Notes: generated from the sequence alone by a model not told the origin. Numbered from the whole stretch's first letter, positions 36,525 to 49,943 are shown. The stretch is DNA of 63,907 bases, filler included, from Rhabdomonas costata (GCA_019059605.1; 32 parts of 32 records of this genome joined end to end with filler, not necessarily neighbours in it), one strand, 5' to 3'. Translations and numbers: made by a program.

Positions 36525-37577
36525 CTTCCCGGTGTGGACTTCCCGGGGAAACGGCTGCTGGGCCGTCTCTCCCCCTCCGTCGTGGCCGATCGTCGCCACC
36601 GCCTTCAGGGCTTTCTCACCGCGGCGCTGCAGAACGCCACCACAGAGCCTGACCGGAGTCTTCTTCTGGCCTTCCTGGCGGCCCCTGGACCGGACCTCAC
36701 GCCCTCCGGCCAGATCCCTTCGCGGGAGACGATGGGGCTCGGAGAGGGCGCACTCGGGGGTAGGGCATGGATCATCACCATTCATGGTCGGCATCTCCTT
36801 TGGGAGGGGGGGTCCACCTCGTGATTGGTCGTCAAGCAGGTTGCGTCAGCTAGTTCCATCAGGTCCGGTGAGGGGATTGCGGAGATGCCTTAATGACAAG
36901 TGACAAGGAAGATGGTAAGTAGACGAGAACACGGGCCGCCGATTCTTGAGAATGATAACAATAGCATTTGTTTTTCGTTCTAATCTGTCAGATGCTTTCT
37001 CACTATCTTGAAAGACCACATTCACCTTGCGAAATAGAACTATTATTAGATATTATGCTCTGGTTCAGAAGGGGTGGGTGTGGGGCAGTGTGTGGGTGAC
37101 AGTCTGTTAAAAGGCCTAACCTTTTCATCTGACCTGAGGTCTAAGAATAATGCTTTCGACCACCGGAATTTCCCGCCATTACCTCTCGAGCGCCTCCTTC
37201 CCACCCACCTCACCTCCTTCCCAGTCATCGCGGCCTGCTGCGTCATCTTCGGTCTCCCCCAGTTTAGGGGAGGAGTCCCCATCCCTTGGGGGGCGGTCCC
37301 CTCTTGTGAATGACACCTCCCACGAGGCCCCTGACCTCGGGCCCACCCGGCTGTTTGCCAGCTCCGGCTCCTGGGTGCTTCCCGCTGAAAGCGGCGACCC
37401 TGGCGACCCTTCAGAGGGGCGGGCAGTCCATGAAGGGGTTTTGGGGATAACGCTGCAATCGGACACGGGTCTTCTGCGCGACGCGAGTCCAGGGAGCCCG
37501 ATGAGGCTGTCGTTTCTGACGGGAAGGCCGCGGAGGAAGGGGACCCCACGGCGCTGGAGCTGGCTTCTCTGAGGGAG
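36525..37577 (+). CDS. PX-domain protein fragment (PX C-terminal half in exon from 36525; further low-complexity exons to about 37577)
   Basis: FPGKRLLGRLSPSVVADRRHRLQGFLTAAL...LLLAFL matches the PX pattern FP.K.......ERR..L..FL. Confidence 0.75.
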
Positions 37578-38215
37578 GTTTTGTGTAGGGCCTGAGTTTT
37601 TGGCATCACAAGGGAAATAGGCATCCCACCACTACTCGGAAGTGTGAAGAAGTAATCCCTAGTGCAGTGGCCAAAGAAGCCTGACGGGGTGCTGTTGTAT
37701 TGGGCGGGTGGATGGGGGAGTGCGGAGTTACGCGTTTAACACCGTTAAGCGGTCGAAAATTTTAACTGTAAAATCGGCATCTTGGGGGCGGTAGAACAGT
37801 AACTCTAATCCCCTTTTCTAAAATAACATCAAGCGAGTGCAGGCGCAGTTAAACTGACCCCCGTGCTGAGAATAAGACATTTCTGTGGAACAAAAAAATT
37901 ACCGTTTAACGCCGTTAAACTTCTAACGCTGTTAAATAGCCAAATCAAGACCCCCCCCCACAANNNNNNNNNNNNNNNNNNNNNNNNNNNNNNNNNNNNN
38001 NNNNNNNTTAATTAATTAANNNNNNNNNNNNNNNNNNNNNNNNNNNNNNNNNNNNNNNNNNNNTGGTGAGGTAGAAGCTGAACCTGTCGTGGTAGCATTG
38101 GCAACCATAGCAGTAGTAGGGTACAGCAGTGTGGTAGGACACTGTTGTATGGCCATTGGCACCACAACATGGGTATGTGCCAGGACCAGGGATGGAGGGT
38201 GGGGGCGGGTGCCAC

Positions 38216-38481
38216 CCGAAGGTACTTCACGAACTCCTTGCAGGCGGCAAGATTGTCCACAGGGGTGTTCCCAAAGAACCCTGCAGCCCACAAGCACATC
38301 ATATGTCCAATTTCCCAACATAACAAACCTCGGATAGCGCCTCGTATCAGCTCATGAAAACACAGCAACTATCACGCAAACCCCACTCCCGCTGAATTAA
38401 ACCGTACCCGCAATCTGCCTGACACTTCGATGAGTAGGGACACAGATATTAATTCGCAAGCAGGGAAATCGGGGTTCTGCA

Positions 38482-38517
<36 letters not shown>

Positions 38518-39728
38518 GATCTGAGTAGAATGACAAGGACAATTTCCATCAGGTCGAACTTCAACGGTGCTTTTTATAGTCAAATTCAACTTGAAACTCG
38601 CCCGAACCCATAAATTAGGAGATTATTTGAGGCCTTGCGGCATGCCCTGCAACGTACCACAAGACGACATAACTCTAAAGCTGTGTACACTAAGCCCCTG
38701 CTTCCAGTTAAGTGAGACAGGGTTCTCTCTCACAGTGTTGCTAGAACACAATCATTTCATTAGTTTCGTCATGTTCCCATGTCAGTCCTCGTGTCTTGCA
38801 GTATTCTTGTGATTCGGCTTTGAACGGGGAAAGACGGCAGGGTGACTTTCCTTGGATCTGCCCGCAGTGCAGGTCCACCGTGACCAGGCGATCCATGCCC
38901 ATTGCCAGCAGCATCTGAGCGAAGGCAGAGCAGCTAATGGGCACCCGGGGCTGAGTCTTGCGGTCCTGCCGGCTGTACGCGAGGTAGGGCACCACAGCGG
39001 TGATCCTCTTCGCGGAGGCCAGCCTGAGGGTGTGGATCAGCAGCAGCAGCTCCATCACGGACTTGTTCAGCTCGTACGGTGCGGTCTGGCACAGCGAAGC
39101 AAGGGCACATCACGAAAAGTCTCAGCAGGACCGGTGGCGGATATGAGAAAATCGAATGAGGCACAAAAGTATGGTCGGGTGAGACAGCAGGTGAGCTGGA
39201 ATAAAGGAAAAAAGAGTGCATCAAACTCGTGATTTCACTCAGTGCACAAGTTCATCGGGTACAACACGTCAACGCTGAGTTGGGAGTAAAGGGTAAACAT
39301 TGGTGAGGATACTGTCAGGCACCAAAATCGGCTCAAATCCTCATCGCAGTTCTCGCTCAGGATATGGGCTGAAGGCAACTCTGGCCTCAGGCCAACCAAC
39401 ATTTCCTCTGTGGAAGATGAGGGCCAGCAAGTACCTGGTTGGGTACATAAGTTGCTGAGCCGTCGAGCTGTCGTGAGACTAAAGATGACGACAGAAAAGT
39501 TTGTCATTCTCCCACGCTTCCACACAAACACGTGCACAAAGAAAAAAGACGCATAGCGGGGACGGATGAGGGCTCTCTTTCAGAAGGCACCTTTGTGCCG
39601 CACGTGGTGTGCACAATGAAGACGTCATCCCCGCGGACGTTGTTCTGCAGCTTGATGTCGATCTCCCCGTTGGCGAACGTGCCCACCCGAGCATCCTCCA
39701 GGCTGAGCTTCAGCACCTCGCAGACCTC
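38216..39728 (-). CDS. PRS: Ribose-phosphate pyrophosphokinase (PRPP synthetase); exons 39728-39591, 39085-38851, 38280-38216
   Basis: FANGEI...VRGDDVFIV, MELLLLIHTLRLASAKRITAVVPYLAYSRQDRK, VDLHCGQIQ|GFFGNTPVDNL. Confidence 0.96.
38482..38514. repeat. (CA)n microsatellite; others near 7987-8007, 15900-15922 and 51914-51936
   Basis: Dinucleotide run. Confidence 0.9.
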
Positions 39729-40063
39729 CTGCGATGCCAGCCACAGCAATGGCGCGTGCAACGTCTGCGAATATGCAGTTGATCGTACGTGAAACATGAA
39801 TGCAGGGACTAGTCCAAGAAAGAAGACTCGGTGTCTGACGGTTCGAAGACAAAGGAAAGGTGGTGGCAAAACAAAAGTGAGGATATTATTCAAGACTGAA
39901 TGATACATAACACCTAAATTAACAACTGCTCAGGGGCGAAGGATCACTTGGGGGGGGGGGGCGNNNNNNNNNNNNNNNNNNNNNNNNNNNNNNNNNNNNN
40001 NNNNNNNTTAATTAATTAANNNNNNNNNNNNNNNNNNNNNNNNNNNNNNNNNNNNNNNNNNNN

Positions 40064-40290
40064 TTTTGGTGGGGCTAACTGAAATATCTGTCATAATGTG
40101 CAATGCGTTGGATGGTACAATAACAATTGATTTCAGGGCCCACTGTCAGGGGGGCCCATTCTAAGCTGCTGGTTCTGGTAGCTACTGGGATATGGGAGTG
40201 CCCCCATGACAGTGGGCCCTGAAATCAATTGTTATTGTACCATCCAACGCATTGCACATTATGACAGATATTTCAGTTAGCTCCACCAAA
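40064..40290. repeat. Fold-back inverted repeat at contig start (about 90-bp arms)
   Basis: 40064-40153 is the near-perfect reverse complement of 40201-40290. Confidence 0.85.
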
Positions 40291-41372
40291 GTAAAACTTT
40301 TTGAAGGCACCGAGGAAAAATAAAATTCTCCACGCAACCCACTTCAATGCAAATTCATTTTCGGAATAGAACGACCGAGGCCCCATTCCACGATTCACTG
40401 TCGAATGAATAAAAAGTGCTTAAACCTCCCAAAACAAGTACGAACAAAAGGGGCACTGATAATGTCAAAAGGTACTGCGATGAAACAGGGGAATAAAGTG
40501 GGGGACACAACACACAACTCTGATGACACTCCGAGATCGAAAAACGAAGAATGAATGTCCTAACCAAGATGACTTGAAAATGAAACTGATAACTGATAAC
40601 AATTATCCCTAGAATACGAGACAATGGTGTGTGTCCTCCCCCAAATAAACTCGTGCCTTGTAATGCCGTACATGCATTCCTCTTTTTATCATCTGGGGCG
40701 TCTTCCAGCATATCCAACCCGTCTTCCTTTGCCGACCTCCGGACCTGCACCAATCGTCAGGGACCACTCCGGAAAGGGGAACGGGGGTCGCACCACTTGC
40801 TTCGGCTAAAATCTGCACCCTGTTCACTGGCTACCATGGGCCCCCTGGGACAGGAGCACCTGGCATGGGTATCAGGACTACAGCTAGACTTACAGGTTGG
40901 GGCCCATACTGGTATGATGCTTGTGCACTCCTGAGTCGAGCTTAGTGGAAGTTTCCCAGCCTGGCTGCATCTCTACGTCTGACCGCCAGGTGTTTTGGCA
41001 AAGCACTCTTCTTTATATATGAGAACTCCTAAAAATGTCGCCAATGCTGTGAGTGCAGCTAATCAAAATGCAACTTTGCCGAGGTAGTGTTCGAATCAAA
41101 ACTGCGCGGCACAAGCAACACAACCCCACAAAAGCCGCACCACTGTGCAAATGCACAACAGAGTCATTCCATGCTAACTACTTCCACGACACACATGCGG
41201 CGTACAGCAGAATAAAAGCATATGCACCTGTACGATTGCAAGGAGGCAGGAGGGGCCTCCAGTCAGCGGGGGGATAGCCTGTGCACAGCCGCACTTAAAC
41301 GCTCTACCACGTTGCATGCAAAACGAAGAGACGAAAAGGTGGGATGGGCCCAATGGGGCGTGGGGGTCACTT

Positions 41373-41600
41373 TCAGGGAATTCCGGGGAGAGGGGGCATC
41401 CTCCGCTCCGGGCGGTGGCCCGACCGCGGCCTCTGCAGACTCAGCACGCGCCCCGAGACGGGACGACTCCCTGCGGTGATCGGGGGAAGGGTACCTTCCG
41501 CAGCGGCTGGCTCAGCGGCTGGCCCCTCTGCTGGAGGGGCTTCTGCTGCAGTAGCCCGAGAGCCGCCCTCTGACGCTCGCTGCACCACAAAGGCCACCCT
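41373..41600 (-). CDS. Hypothetical Ala/Pro/Glu-rich exon
   Basis: GC-rich frame VAFVVQRASEGGSRATAAEAPPAEGPAAEPAAAEG after a CAG acceptor; no family motif. Confidence 0.35.
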   Translation of the reverse strand, partial: RVAFVVQRASEGGSRATAAEAPPAEGPAAEPAAAEGTLPPITAGSRPVSGRVLSLQRPRSGHRPERRMPPLPGIP

Positions 41601-44104
41601 GCATTCCAAATACAGCAGCAAAGGAGGAAGGAAGGAAGGAAGGAAGGCAGTCAGCATAAGAAACAGCTGGTGGAGGGAGGGAGGGGGGAGCGATGTTAAT
41701 TCCTTGGCATAGCAGGCAACACGGGGATTTATCACGGAACTCATGGCGGAGTCCAGGCCAACGCATAAGTGCAAGACAACGACCTTAAACACATATGGAG
41801 GGGTAAAAAAAGGAGGTGAGGTGTGGTGAAAGGGAAACAGTGGCCCCCATATGGCGATATAGACAGCCGAAAAAACACCAAACGGGTGATCGTCGGTAAC
41901 AGACGGGAGATAAACTTGTAAATGGTCCTCTTAGCTTCCACCGACGACGCCAAACCCACNNNNNNNNNNNNNNNNNNNNNNNNNNNNNNNNNNNNNNNNN
42001 NNNTTAATTAATTAANNNNNNNNNNNNNNNNNNNNNNNNNNNNNNNNNNNNNNNNNNNNTTGTTTGGGTCCGGTCCTTAAGAAGGGTTCCCGGTATAGAG
42101 GTACCGCCGTACTATAGTCCAGCCGGCCTTCCAGCTCGAACAATGCATGACACACAGCGGGGGTACCTCACAACTTCCGGCCATGGCATGAAAGCAATGT
42201 AGTGTGAAAGTGAGGGACACGTTTGCTTTGCTTCTGCTATGCTTCATACGAGAAGCTCCGCAGCTTGAAAATAATTCCCACTTTGCACAATTTGAGTGCT
42301 TTAGCCAACCGGCTGCTGGCAGCTGAGTAGGGGACTTTTTACCAGTTACTGCAACGCAGCAACGCAGACATATGTAATGTAAAAAAAGATAGAAAAAAGA
42401 CAGGCAAGGAAAAAGCAGAGGCTTTTCATGCATGTTTTTGCCAATATGGTATGGTCGCAACTATGGTATGCTCACCACACTCGCGCTATCTTCAAAAAAT
42501 GCACACCGACGAATTTGGGTAAGTGTACACTGGCACGGGCGTGGTTAAATTGCGCTCATTCGCGAGAAGAGTAGACGTGAAGCTGACGGAGCCCAGCAGA
42601 CTACCTGGGTAGCCTTAAAACCATGAAACATAAAATGAAAGGAAGTGAACAGACGAATCAGATCCGACACACTAAATCTGTCCCACGACGCACACCTCCA
42701 GAGGACTCCGTGTAAAGACCAATATACCCCTGCACACCCACAGAACCCGACCAAAATCCAAGAGCGGTGACATTTACACCGCCACCAAAAGTGGGATGAG
42801 TCGGGTGAATCGTAACCTGTGAAAAAGGTTACATGCAGGATACGCAAGAGCGGACCTGCCTCGGTTGGGAAGCCAAAGAGAAGTGTCATACTTGAGTGCA
42901 CCAAACGTAGTCTTGCGCAAGACCAGCCGGGACATAATTTCCTTGGCTGACTTGATTCATGTACCATTGACCTTGAGGTCCGATGACCACTGAGAGCGCA
43001 AAATAAAGCAGACAAACCCCATCCCATTGCAAAAATACTTCCAGTCTTTTACCATGACGGGACGGGGAACTTTTTCGACCAGATGAGCTGCTGCAATCCA
43101 CTGCGCTTCCCACAACCCACGGTCCGAAGCTGGTTTGGGGCGACACAAAGCGATAAGACTGCCCCCGCACTGAGACCAACGAATTTCATCCTGATTGTCC
43201 TTGGTTGGGGAATGATGGTGGGCCTGGTAACGTCCTGAAAGTAGGACTCGTCACCCAAACCGATCAGTTTTTTCGAAATTTTTTTTCAAAATATGTCGCT
43301 TTTTACTGGCGTGTGTCTAGCGTGGACCGTTAAAGTGCAGCCCTGAGCATGACAGGTTATTTTATAGGAAGGGGGAACCGACGGTTCCCCCGGCAGGGGG
43401 AGGCGGGGTCGCCCCAGCCTACCACAAGCTGAAAGGTAGAGCATGCCAATGACCGTGAAGAGTGGAAAGTGGTTCCCACGGATAAGTGGTGACAGTGAGT
43501 TACTTGGAGCTTAAACCAGATTGTCCTACGCAGCAAAGTGCAGTGGTCCAATTGTAATTGCGACGCTATTAAATTACCGCATAGGTGGAGGAGAGCAGCT
43601 GAAGGTGCAACATTTTTGGTGCCTTTTGGCACGCGACGAGGGTGCGGTTCACCCGTCGGGGACCTTTTCAGACCTTGCAAATGCGGTGGGGCTGCATCTC
43701 CCGCGTTAAGATCGTAGATGTTCCCTTTCCTTTAAATTCCTTTAAATTCCGTAAATTATTGTTGCGACGCTTTGTTTCCAGCCAACACTGTGTGAACGTC
43801 GCAGTTGGACTGACTTTCTTTCTCCGACACAGCTCGAGCTTTCACACACAAGAAAAGTCACGATTAAAAACTTTCTAGGAACAGAATCACACTCATGAAG
43901 GACTGCCCTTGTGCAATCGGAGATCAACCCAAAAAACCCCAACCACACCCAACACNNNNNNNNNNNNNNNNNNNNNNNNNNNNNNNNNNNNNNNNNNNNT
44001 TAATTAATTAANNNNNNNNNNNNNNNNNNNNNNNNNNNNNNNNNNNNNNNNNNNNGTGGATGAGAAGCTTGGGCTGCTTGGGCTGGAAGCAATGGAGGAA
44101 ATAC

Positions 44105-45808
44105 CCTTTCAACGCCTTTGGCAGCAACGAGGGACTCAAACCCCGTCAGGTCGAAGCACGCCACAGTGCACAATCGAGGGGCCTGGGAAACCCCCGCCTC
44201 GGGGAGGCAGGAACGGGGTGTCCTGACTCGAACCGAGGGAAGAGAGCCACTCTCCGGGTTCAGATCTAGGGGGTGCAGCGTCAGGACTGCTCCATTCTAC
44301 ATACAAAAAAACGCACACACACTGAAACGTGGGTATCACCAAAATTTTACACAGTATTTCCTGAGGAAAGGCATCCTTGAGCGTTTATCTCACGCATTCT
44401 GCAGACCTACTAACGAAAGACCCGAGGGAACCGAACACAGTACTCCTGGAATCTGGGATTCACGTCTGGCACGACCTCAGGAAACACACACATTCTCTGC
44501 TGCTCCCTTCCTGTCGTACAGCAAGTGACACTACGACAGCAAATCAGATGCAAGGAGATCTTAAAGGGCACCAGGCTTGTGGGTTCCGCGGGATTTGGCA
44601 AGGACGTCGATGCAGCACGCTCGACCGGTTCAGGCTCCGACTGCCCGTCGGAGGAGTGGCGATCACGGGCGTCCTGCATAAACAGCGATTCCGGCATGAA
44701 CTTCCGGTACTCTGCAAGGCTCCGGGTCAGCGCGTTGAAGGCCTGGGTCAGTGTGTCTACCTCGGATAGCACAGATCGGGGAAAGGGCCGCACCTGGCCC
44801 ACGTCCATCGTGCACAGCGCTTCTACCTCTTGTACCAAGCGGCCCAGGGGGGCCGTGATCAGCCGCACCAGGGCAACGCTCACCAGTGAGGTCCTGCACC
44901 ACAGAAGGGACCCGCGTATCTGTCATACAGAGCAGAGCGCTCTAACATTGGGCTCTAACAGTGGTCGGTCGTTGGCTTATCGTGATTTCGAGGGGAGAAA
45001 GAGGAAGGAGCGCTTGCCTGACTTCATGTTAGGTCGCGTTGTTCCCATGTTTTTTTTTTAGTGTTGGCAAGATGAGATCGGTGCGGGCGCACTATTGCTT
45101 TTTGTTCATGTGCGCAGATAAGGTCTTTGACAAGTCTTGCTATTTTCGTCTTCACGAGTAAAAGTGAAGGAAAGCCAGCTCAAAGTATGGACGAAGGTTG
45201 TAATTACTCAGGTGCAAGCACATTTTCGGGTACTTTGCATTTCATCTCGAAGAGAGAGAGTCAAAGAAGAAGCATTCGTATCGAAATAAAAGACTTCCTT
45301 CAATTGATTTGAAGCGACAACAGTCAGCACAACGTGGAAAACTCTCAATAGCACGTGCGTTTTTTTGTGTAAAAAGACCCCTATTCACACACACATACAC
45401 ACACTATCTCAAAAACAGCCACCAACACATTGGATTCAGGTGAGAAAACCAATTCCTACCTCCAAGCCTCCGCAAAAATCGAAACGTTCGTCCTTTTTTT
45501 CTTGGAAAGGCTTCAGTGATTCATCGATTATCTCATTATCTCACCGGGCGAAAAGGGCAAAATGAACGGCACCGCTACTTTTTCGAGGACGCAATCCTCC
45601 ATGCATTCACACACCGCAATGCGCACAAAAAGAAGTTGCGAGTTAGCAACTGCAGGTGAAAGTATCGGAGGAAGGGTTGCTGCACGAGAAACGCCACGGA
45701 CCCCAAAATGACGACCACCACCAGCCCTAACGTCAGTGGTAGGCCTCCGCTCATCATGGAATTCCACCCCACGGCATCCGTGCCGACCACCAGGGCCCAC
45801 TGTAAGCC
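44105..45808 (-). CDS. Receptor-type class III cyclase: TM helix, HAMP-like linker, start of cyclase domain; exons 45808-45702, 44893-about 44572, about 44265-44105
   Basis: GLQWALVVG...LTLGLVVVVILG|TSLVSVALVRLITAPLGRL...SVLSEVDTLTQAFNALTRSLAEYRKFMP...CTVACFDLTGF. Confidence 0.8.
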
Positions 45809-45812
45809 CTGT

Positions 45813-45864
45813 GCAAAGCAAAAGCAAAGCAAAGCAAAGCAAAGCAAAGGAAAGCAAAGCAAAG
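45813..45864. repeat. (CAAAG)n pentamer microsatellite forming the polypyrimidine tract of a minus-strand acceptor
   Basis: GCAAAGCAAAAGCAAAGCAAAGC... directly upstream of the exon starting at 45808 on the minus strand. Confidence 0.85.
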
Positions 45865-48089
45865 GCGAATCGCCACTCCGCAGGCATGAGAAACCATCGC
45901 ATCTCGCCCCTCACCATGTCGGACCGCAGTTCTGTCCAAAGCACAAACAACNNNNNNNNNNNNNNNNNNNNNNNNNNNNNNNNNNNNNNNNNNNNTTAAT
46001 TAATTAANNNNNNNNNNNNNNNNNNNNNNNNNNNNNNNNNNNNNNNNNNNNTTGTTGGAATTACTTGAAAGCAAACACCACGCAAACTTCCCCAAACGCG
46101 CGAAGCGCTGATCAAAAAGAAAATGGCGTCCAGTTCTCTCTCATTCTCTCTCTCATGCTCTTGCAGAGACACCAAACTTAATACTAAAATTTGCTTGGTA
46201 CTTAATTTCAATTCCATCAGGCATACTCGCAGATCGGAATTAAGTTTGATCGAAAAGCGTTTCCATGGATACTTGGGGGTTCACTTTTGGACATTTTCTC
46301 TCTGGTCACCATGAGTTGGCGCAAAATCATCATGCAAATTGAAAAACGGGTGATTTGATGCTCAGTTGCTTTTATGTTTCCGAATCATTATTAGATGTGC
46401 GTTTCAAAGTTTCATCAATTTTCGTTCGTTTTGTTGGTTGGTTTTGTTGGAACACAAACAAAAGATCTTTTCAAACTGAGCAACGTCACAGCGGCACGAA
46501 ATTCTCCAATTACACAGTGTCGGCACACCAAGCAGACCAATTTTTACAAAAGACAAATGAAAACAGGACACATCTGAAGATAATTCGACCTAGAAAAGTT
46601 GGCCTACAGTAAATCGACATGGGGCAAACTCTTGGATTCCCAAAGGCAGAAAATTAATCATCCCAAAGAGATGAGAAAAAACCAAAACTGATCCAGCACT
46701 GGAGACGCAAGACGGGCACACTGACATGAAGCAGAATGGGGGCGAAGTCACTCTGCTCCGTTTATAATTCATCCGTACTTTAGTTTTTATGTTGCAGTAT
46801 TTTTCTTTCATCAAAATCCGCTGATGTAATTGTCTTCATTTATTACATCTTTACGGTAACCCGCTTCCACCAGACCACCTGTGCCTTCTGTGTCCATCCG
46901 AAATACACATCTTGGTGGATTGTTCTCTGCAAAGTACAAAATTTCGATCAATACTTAATTTACAGAATCACGGTACTGGGGCACAGGAGTTTTGCGACGA
47001 TTGTGATTGGGAAGAAAACAAACAATATAAAAACTTTACAAAACAGGAAAGAGTTCTGGTTTGAGCGCAAAAACGGCACACACTGGTGTTCAGGGAAGTG
47101 CTGAAACTGGAGAGTGCCACTTTCACCTCACACTCGCATCTCTCCCTCTCCATATCACTCTCCATCTACATCTCCCTCTCCCTCTCATCGACGACTGCAA
47201 CAGCAGCAGCAAACCTAGCCTGCACATTTCCTCTGCGCTAGTGCAGACTAGCAGTATCTCTTTTTCTGAGGCAAGCAGGCCGAACTGGTGCTTCCACGCT
47301 GGAGGGGGTAAAAATAAATGGCCGATAAATGGACCAAAATGACCCGAAAAACACCTCTAGCTCAGCTCTAAACCGAACCATTCCGTCCAGCTCAGATGCC
47401 AGTACGAAGTTCTCCTGGGGGATACCTTAAGGTTTGCCAACCAGGTCCAACCGAAAGCTTGGGATCAGTGCGGAGGCCTGAAATTTTCCAAGGGCTCGCC
47501 AGGCCTGAAAAATGCGGCTAAATCAAAAATTCCCTGAAAATGGCCCAAAGGGCCCCCAAAAGGCCCCAGAACTCGGCGTAGAGTACGACTCTGAGGCCAG
47601 AAATCTACCAACCAACTCATCGCAGGAGTACTACCATCCCACAAAATATGAGCACCAACCCGCCACTCTAGCTCAAGTTTTGATGTCCGTGTTAAGTTTC
47701 CGGCTCCGGTCCGGCCCATGGAGTCACCAGGATGAGGTCACACAGTTTTACGCGTAAGATTAAAGTCTTGACTCCAACTAGGTACCCCCATTTGTGATGG
47801 AGCCCGGAACCCCTGCACGCCTCCCAGTCCCGGACAAGATGAGTGAGCCTTTGGAACCACAAAAAACATCAAAAAGAGAAATGAAAAAACTCGATTTAAA
47901 AAGGGGCAATCACTGTGGAAAACATGGACAATAATTCACCAACCCCCNNNNNNNNNNNNNNNNNNNNNNNNNNNNNNNNNNNNNNNNNNNNTTAATTAAT
48001 TAANNNNNNNNNNNNNNNNNNNNNNNNNNNNNNNNNNNNNNNNNNNNGTTGGGGTGGGAGGCACCCGAGGTACCGAGGGTGACGACAGG

Positions 48090-48390
48090 TGGGGTTCTGA
48101 GGTTGGGTTTTTCTGTTCGGTCTTTGGTTTAGGGTTTCGATTTCGCGTTCCTCTTCGGGAGATTCGAAGTCTGGTATTTGGGTTCGGAGTTCTGCCTTCG
48201 GGGTTCTTGCGTTCGGTATTCGGTCTTCATGCGTGTCTGCGAGTCGAGGGGTTCATGGGTTCGGCATTCGGGGTTCGGGTTTCGGTCTTCAGGCCTTCGC
48301 TTTCGGTCTCGGCTTTCGGTCTCGGTTGGAACACAGGCTCTCTTGGTATCGGATATTTTGGTATTCGGTTTCTCTCAGTCGCTTCGGGGA
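48090..48390. repeat. Dispersed TTCGG(G/T) short-motif array
   Basis: More than 15 TTCGG/TTTGG cores in about 300 bp. Confidence 0.7.
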
Positions 48391-49840
48391 CTCAATGCGC
48401 ATATTTTAGAAGGAGCAGTATTCGTACGAACCCAGCCGGATGTATCACCGTGGTTTAGGGGGTGGAACGCCTATTCCAGTGACGTAGTGATGAACGAATT
48501 TAGTAGCAAAATTTCCCATTTCGCTGGTTTCGAGTGTTGGTGAGGGGTTCTGGTGGTCAGGGGTTCGTAAGGTATAGGTCTGTCGGCGTTCGTCTTCGTG
48601 GGTCAGGGTACGTGTCTCCATCTCTTTGTTGCTCTTGCGCTTCTGTCTGTGTCTCAACCTTGCTCTCTTCAACCATGCTCTCTGGTTCGGCATCCTTACC
48701 CATGTAGCCATCGTCTTATGCGTGCCTTCCGTGCTCTTGACTTCCTTCTGCTTCGTGTCTCTTCGTCCCTATCCTCCTAAGAGAGGTGAGTTTACCCCCA
48801 GACGCCTATTTCATTACACCATCCGAGTGCATAGATCACAGACAGCAGCTCAGGCCCCAGTACCATGCGTAGAAGAGGTTCCGCATGCGAAGTTGAGGTG
48901 ACCGCGCTGGACTGAACGGGTCATCAGGTACGCCTGGCAACGCACGCTGGTAAACCACGGATGAAGGCCACTGGTAACGATGGAACCAAGGCTATGCATG
49001 AACGCCACATGTTGGTCAAGTGCAGGTGCTGCGGCGATATCGCGTTGGCATGGGGCGAGTCATGGACGTTCCTCACAGGTTGTCACACGTTCATGACCCC
49101 ATGCAGCCAGAGACACCACACAACCATGGTCGTAGACATAACACCAACGTAGGGGCATGTTACCCTATTAGTAGTGTTACGCGTACCCTATGGATGGTAG
49201 TGGTAGAGCGTAAGGGTCAAGGCGTCGGAGTAACATCCTACCCTTCACCTCATGCTATACCCCTACTGCTAAGGTGGTCGAGGAAGTGTTAGTGCTAGAG
49301 TAGTCTCAGCATACAACCACTGTAGTTGTGTGGGCGTAACACACCCTGTAATCCCACGCATTGGGTTTATGTTGGTACGATGCTAGTGCTTATGCTGTCC
49401 ATCCACTGCTGGTGGAACGTCAGGGCACCACTCAACCCACATGACAGGCAAATGGTTGAGGTGATGGGTTACCGGTGATGCCAACGTCACTCACACCCTG
49501 ACACCCGAACCATGCCCTCGATGTTGGTGGTTGAGGCGTCAGAGTTACCGGTAGTGGTAGTGCATGCTGCCATTGCTCACACTCCGACACCCGAACCCTA
49601 ACACGATGGTTGCCTTTGTGGTTGCGTTGATGGTGGTTGTGTATGCATAGTGCCTTGACGCTACGCATTACCCTCCACTCCCCTACGCACCAACCCATGG
49701 TAGAGGTGATGTTGGTAGAGTGAGGTGAAGGGTAGGTGAAGGGCGTAGTGGCTGATGCTGATGCTACCAGCTACGGTTGATGCTACTACGACCAACACCC
49801 TCGTCACCACAACCACCGATGCCAACACCCTCCCTCCGAG

Positions 49841-49943
49841 TGTGGGTAAGAGTGAAGTTGATGCGTAAGGGCAACGCAGATGCAACGCTGATGCAACGCT
49901 GCATCTGCGTTGCCCTTACGCATCAACTTCACTCTTACCCACA
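49841..49943. repeat. Fold-back inverted repeat at contig end
   Basis: 49841-49884 is the reverse complement of 49900-49943. Confidence 0.85.

Noticed and set aside
42660-43260. RCC1-like repeat gene on the minus strand
   Set aside because: Only a weak PTIIP...FVGLSAG resemblance, and a consistent exon chain could not be built
46590-47900. Degenerate transposase or non-autonomous element
   Set aside because: No catalytic motif, termini or second copy visible in the window
48485-48550. Box C/D snoRNA candidate (GTGATGA)
   Set aside because: No properly placed CTGA box D or terminal stem; the same applies to TGATGA hits near 4311 and 22201
48626-49135. Extended ORF if TGA is read as Trp (mitochondrial-type code)
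   Set aside because: The resulting peptide has no recognisable motif, and three TGAs in this span can occur by chance
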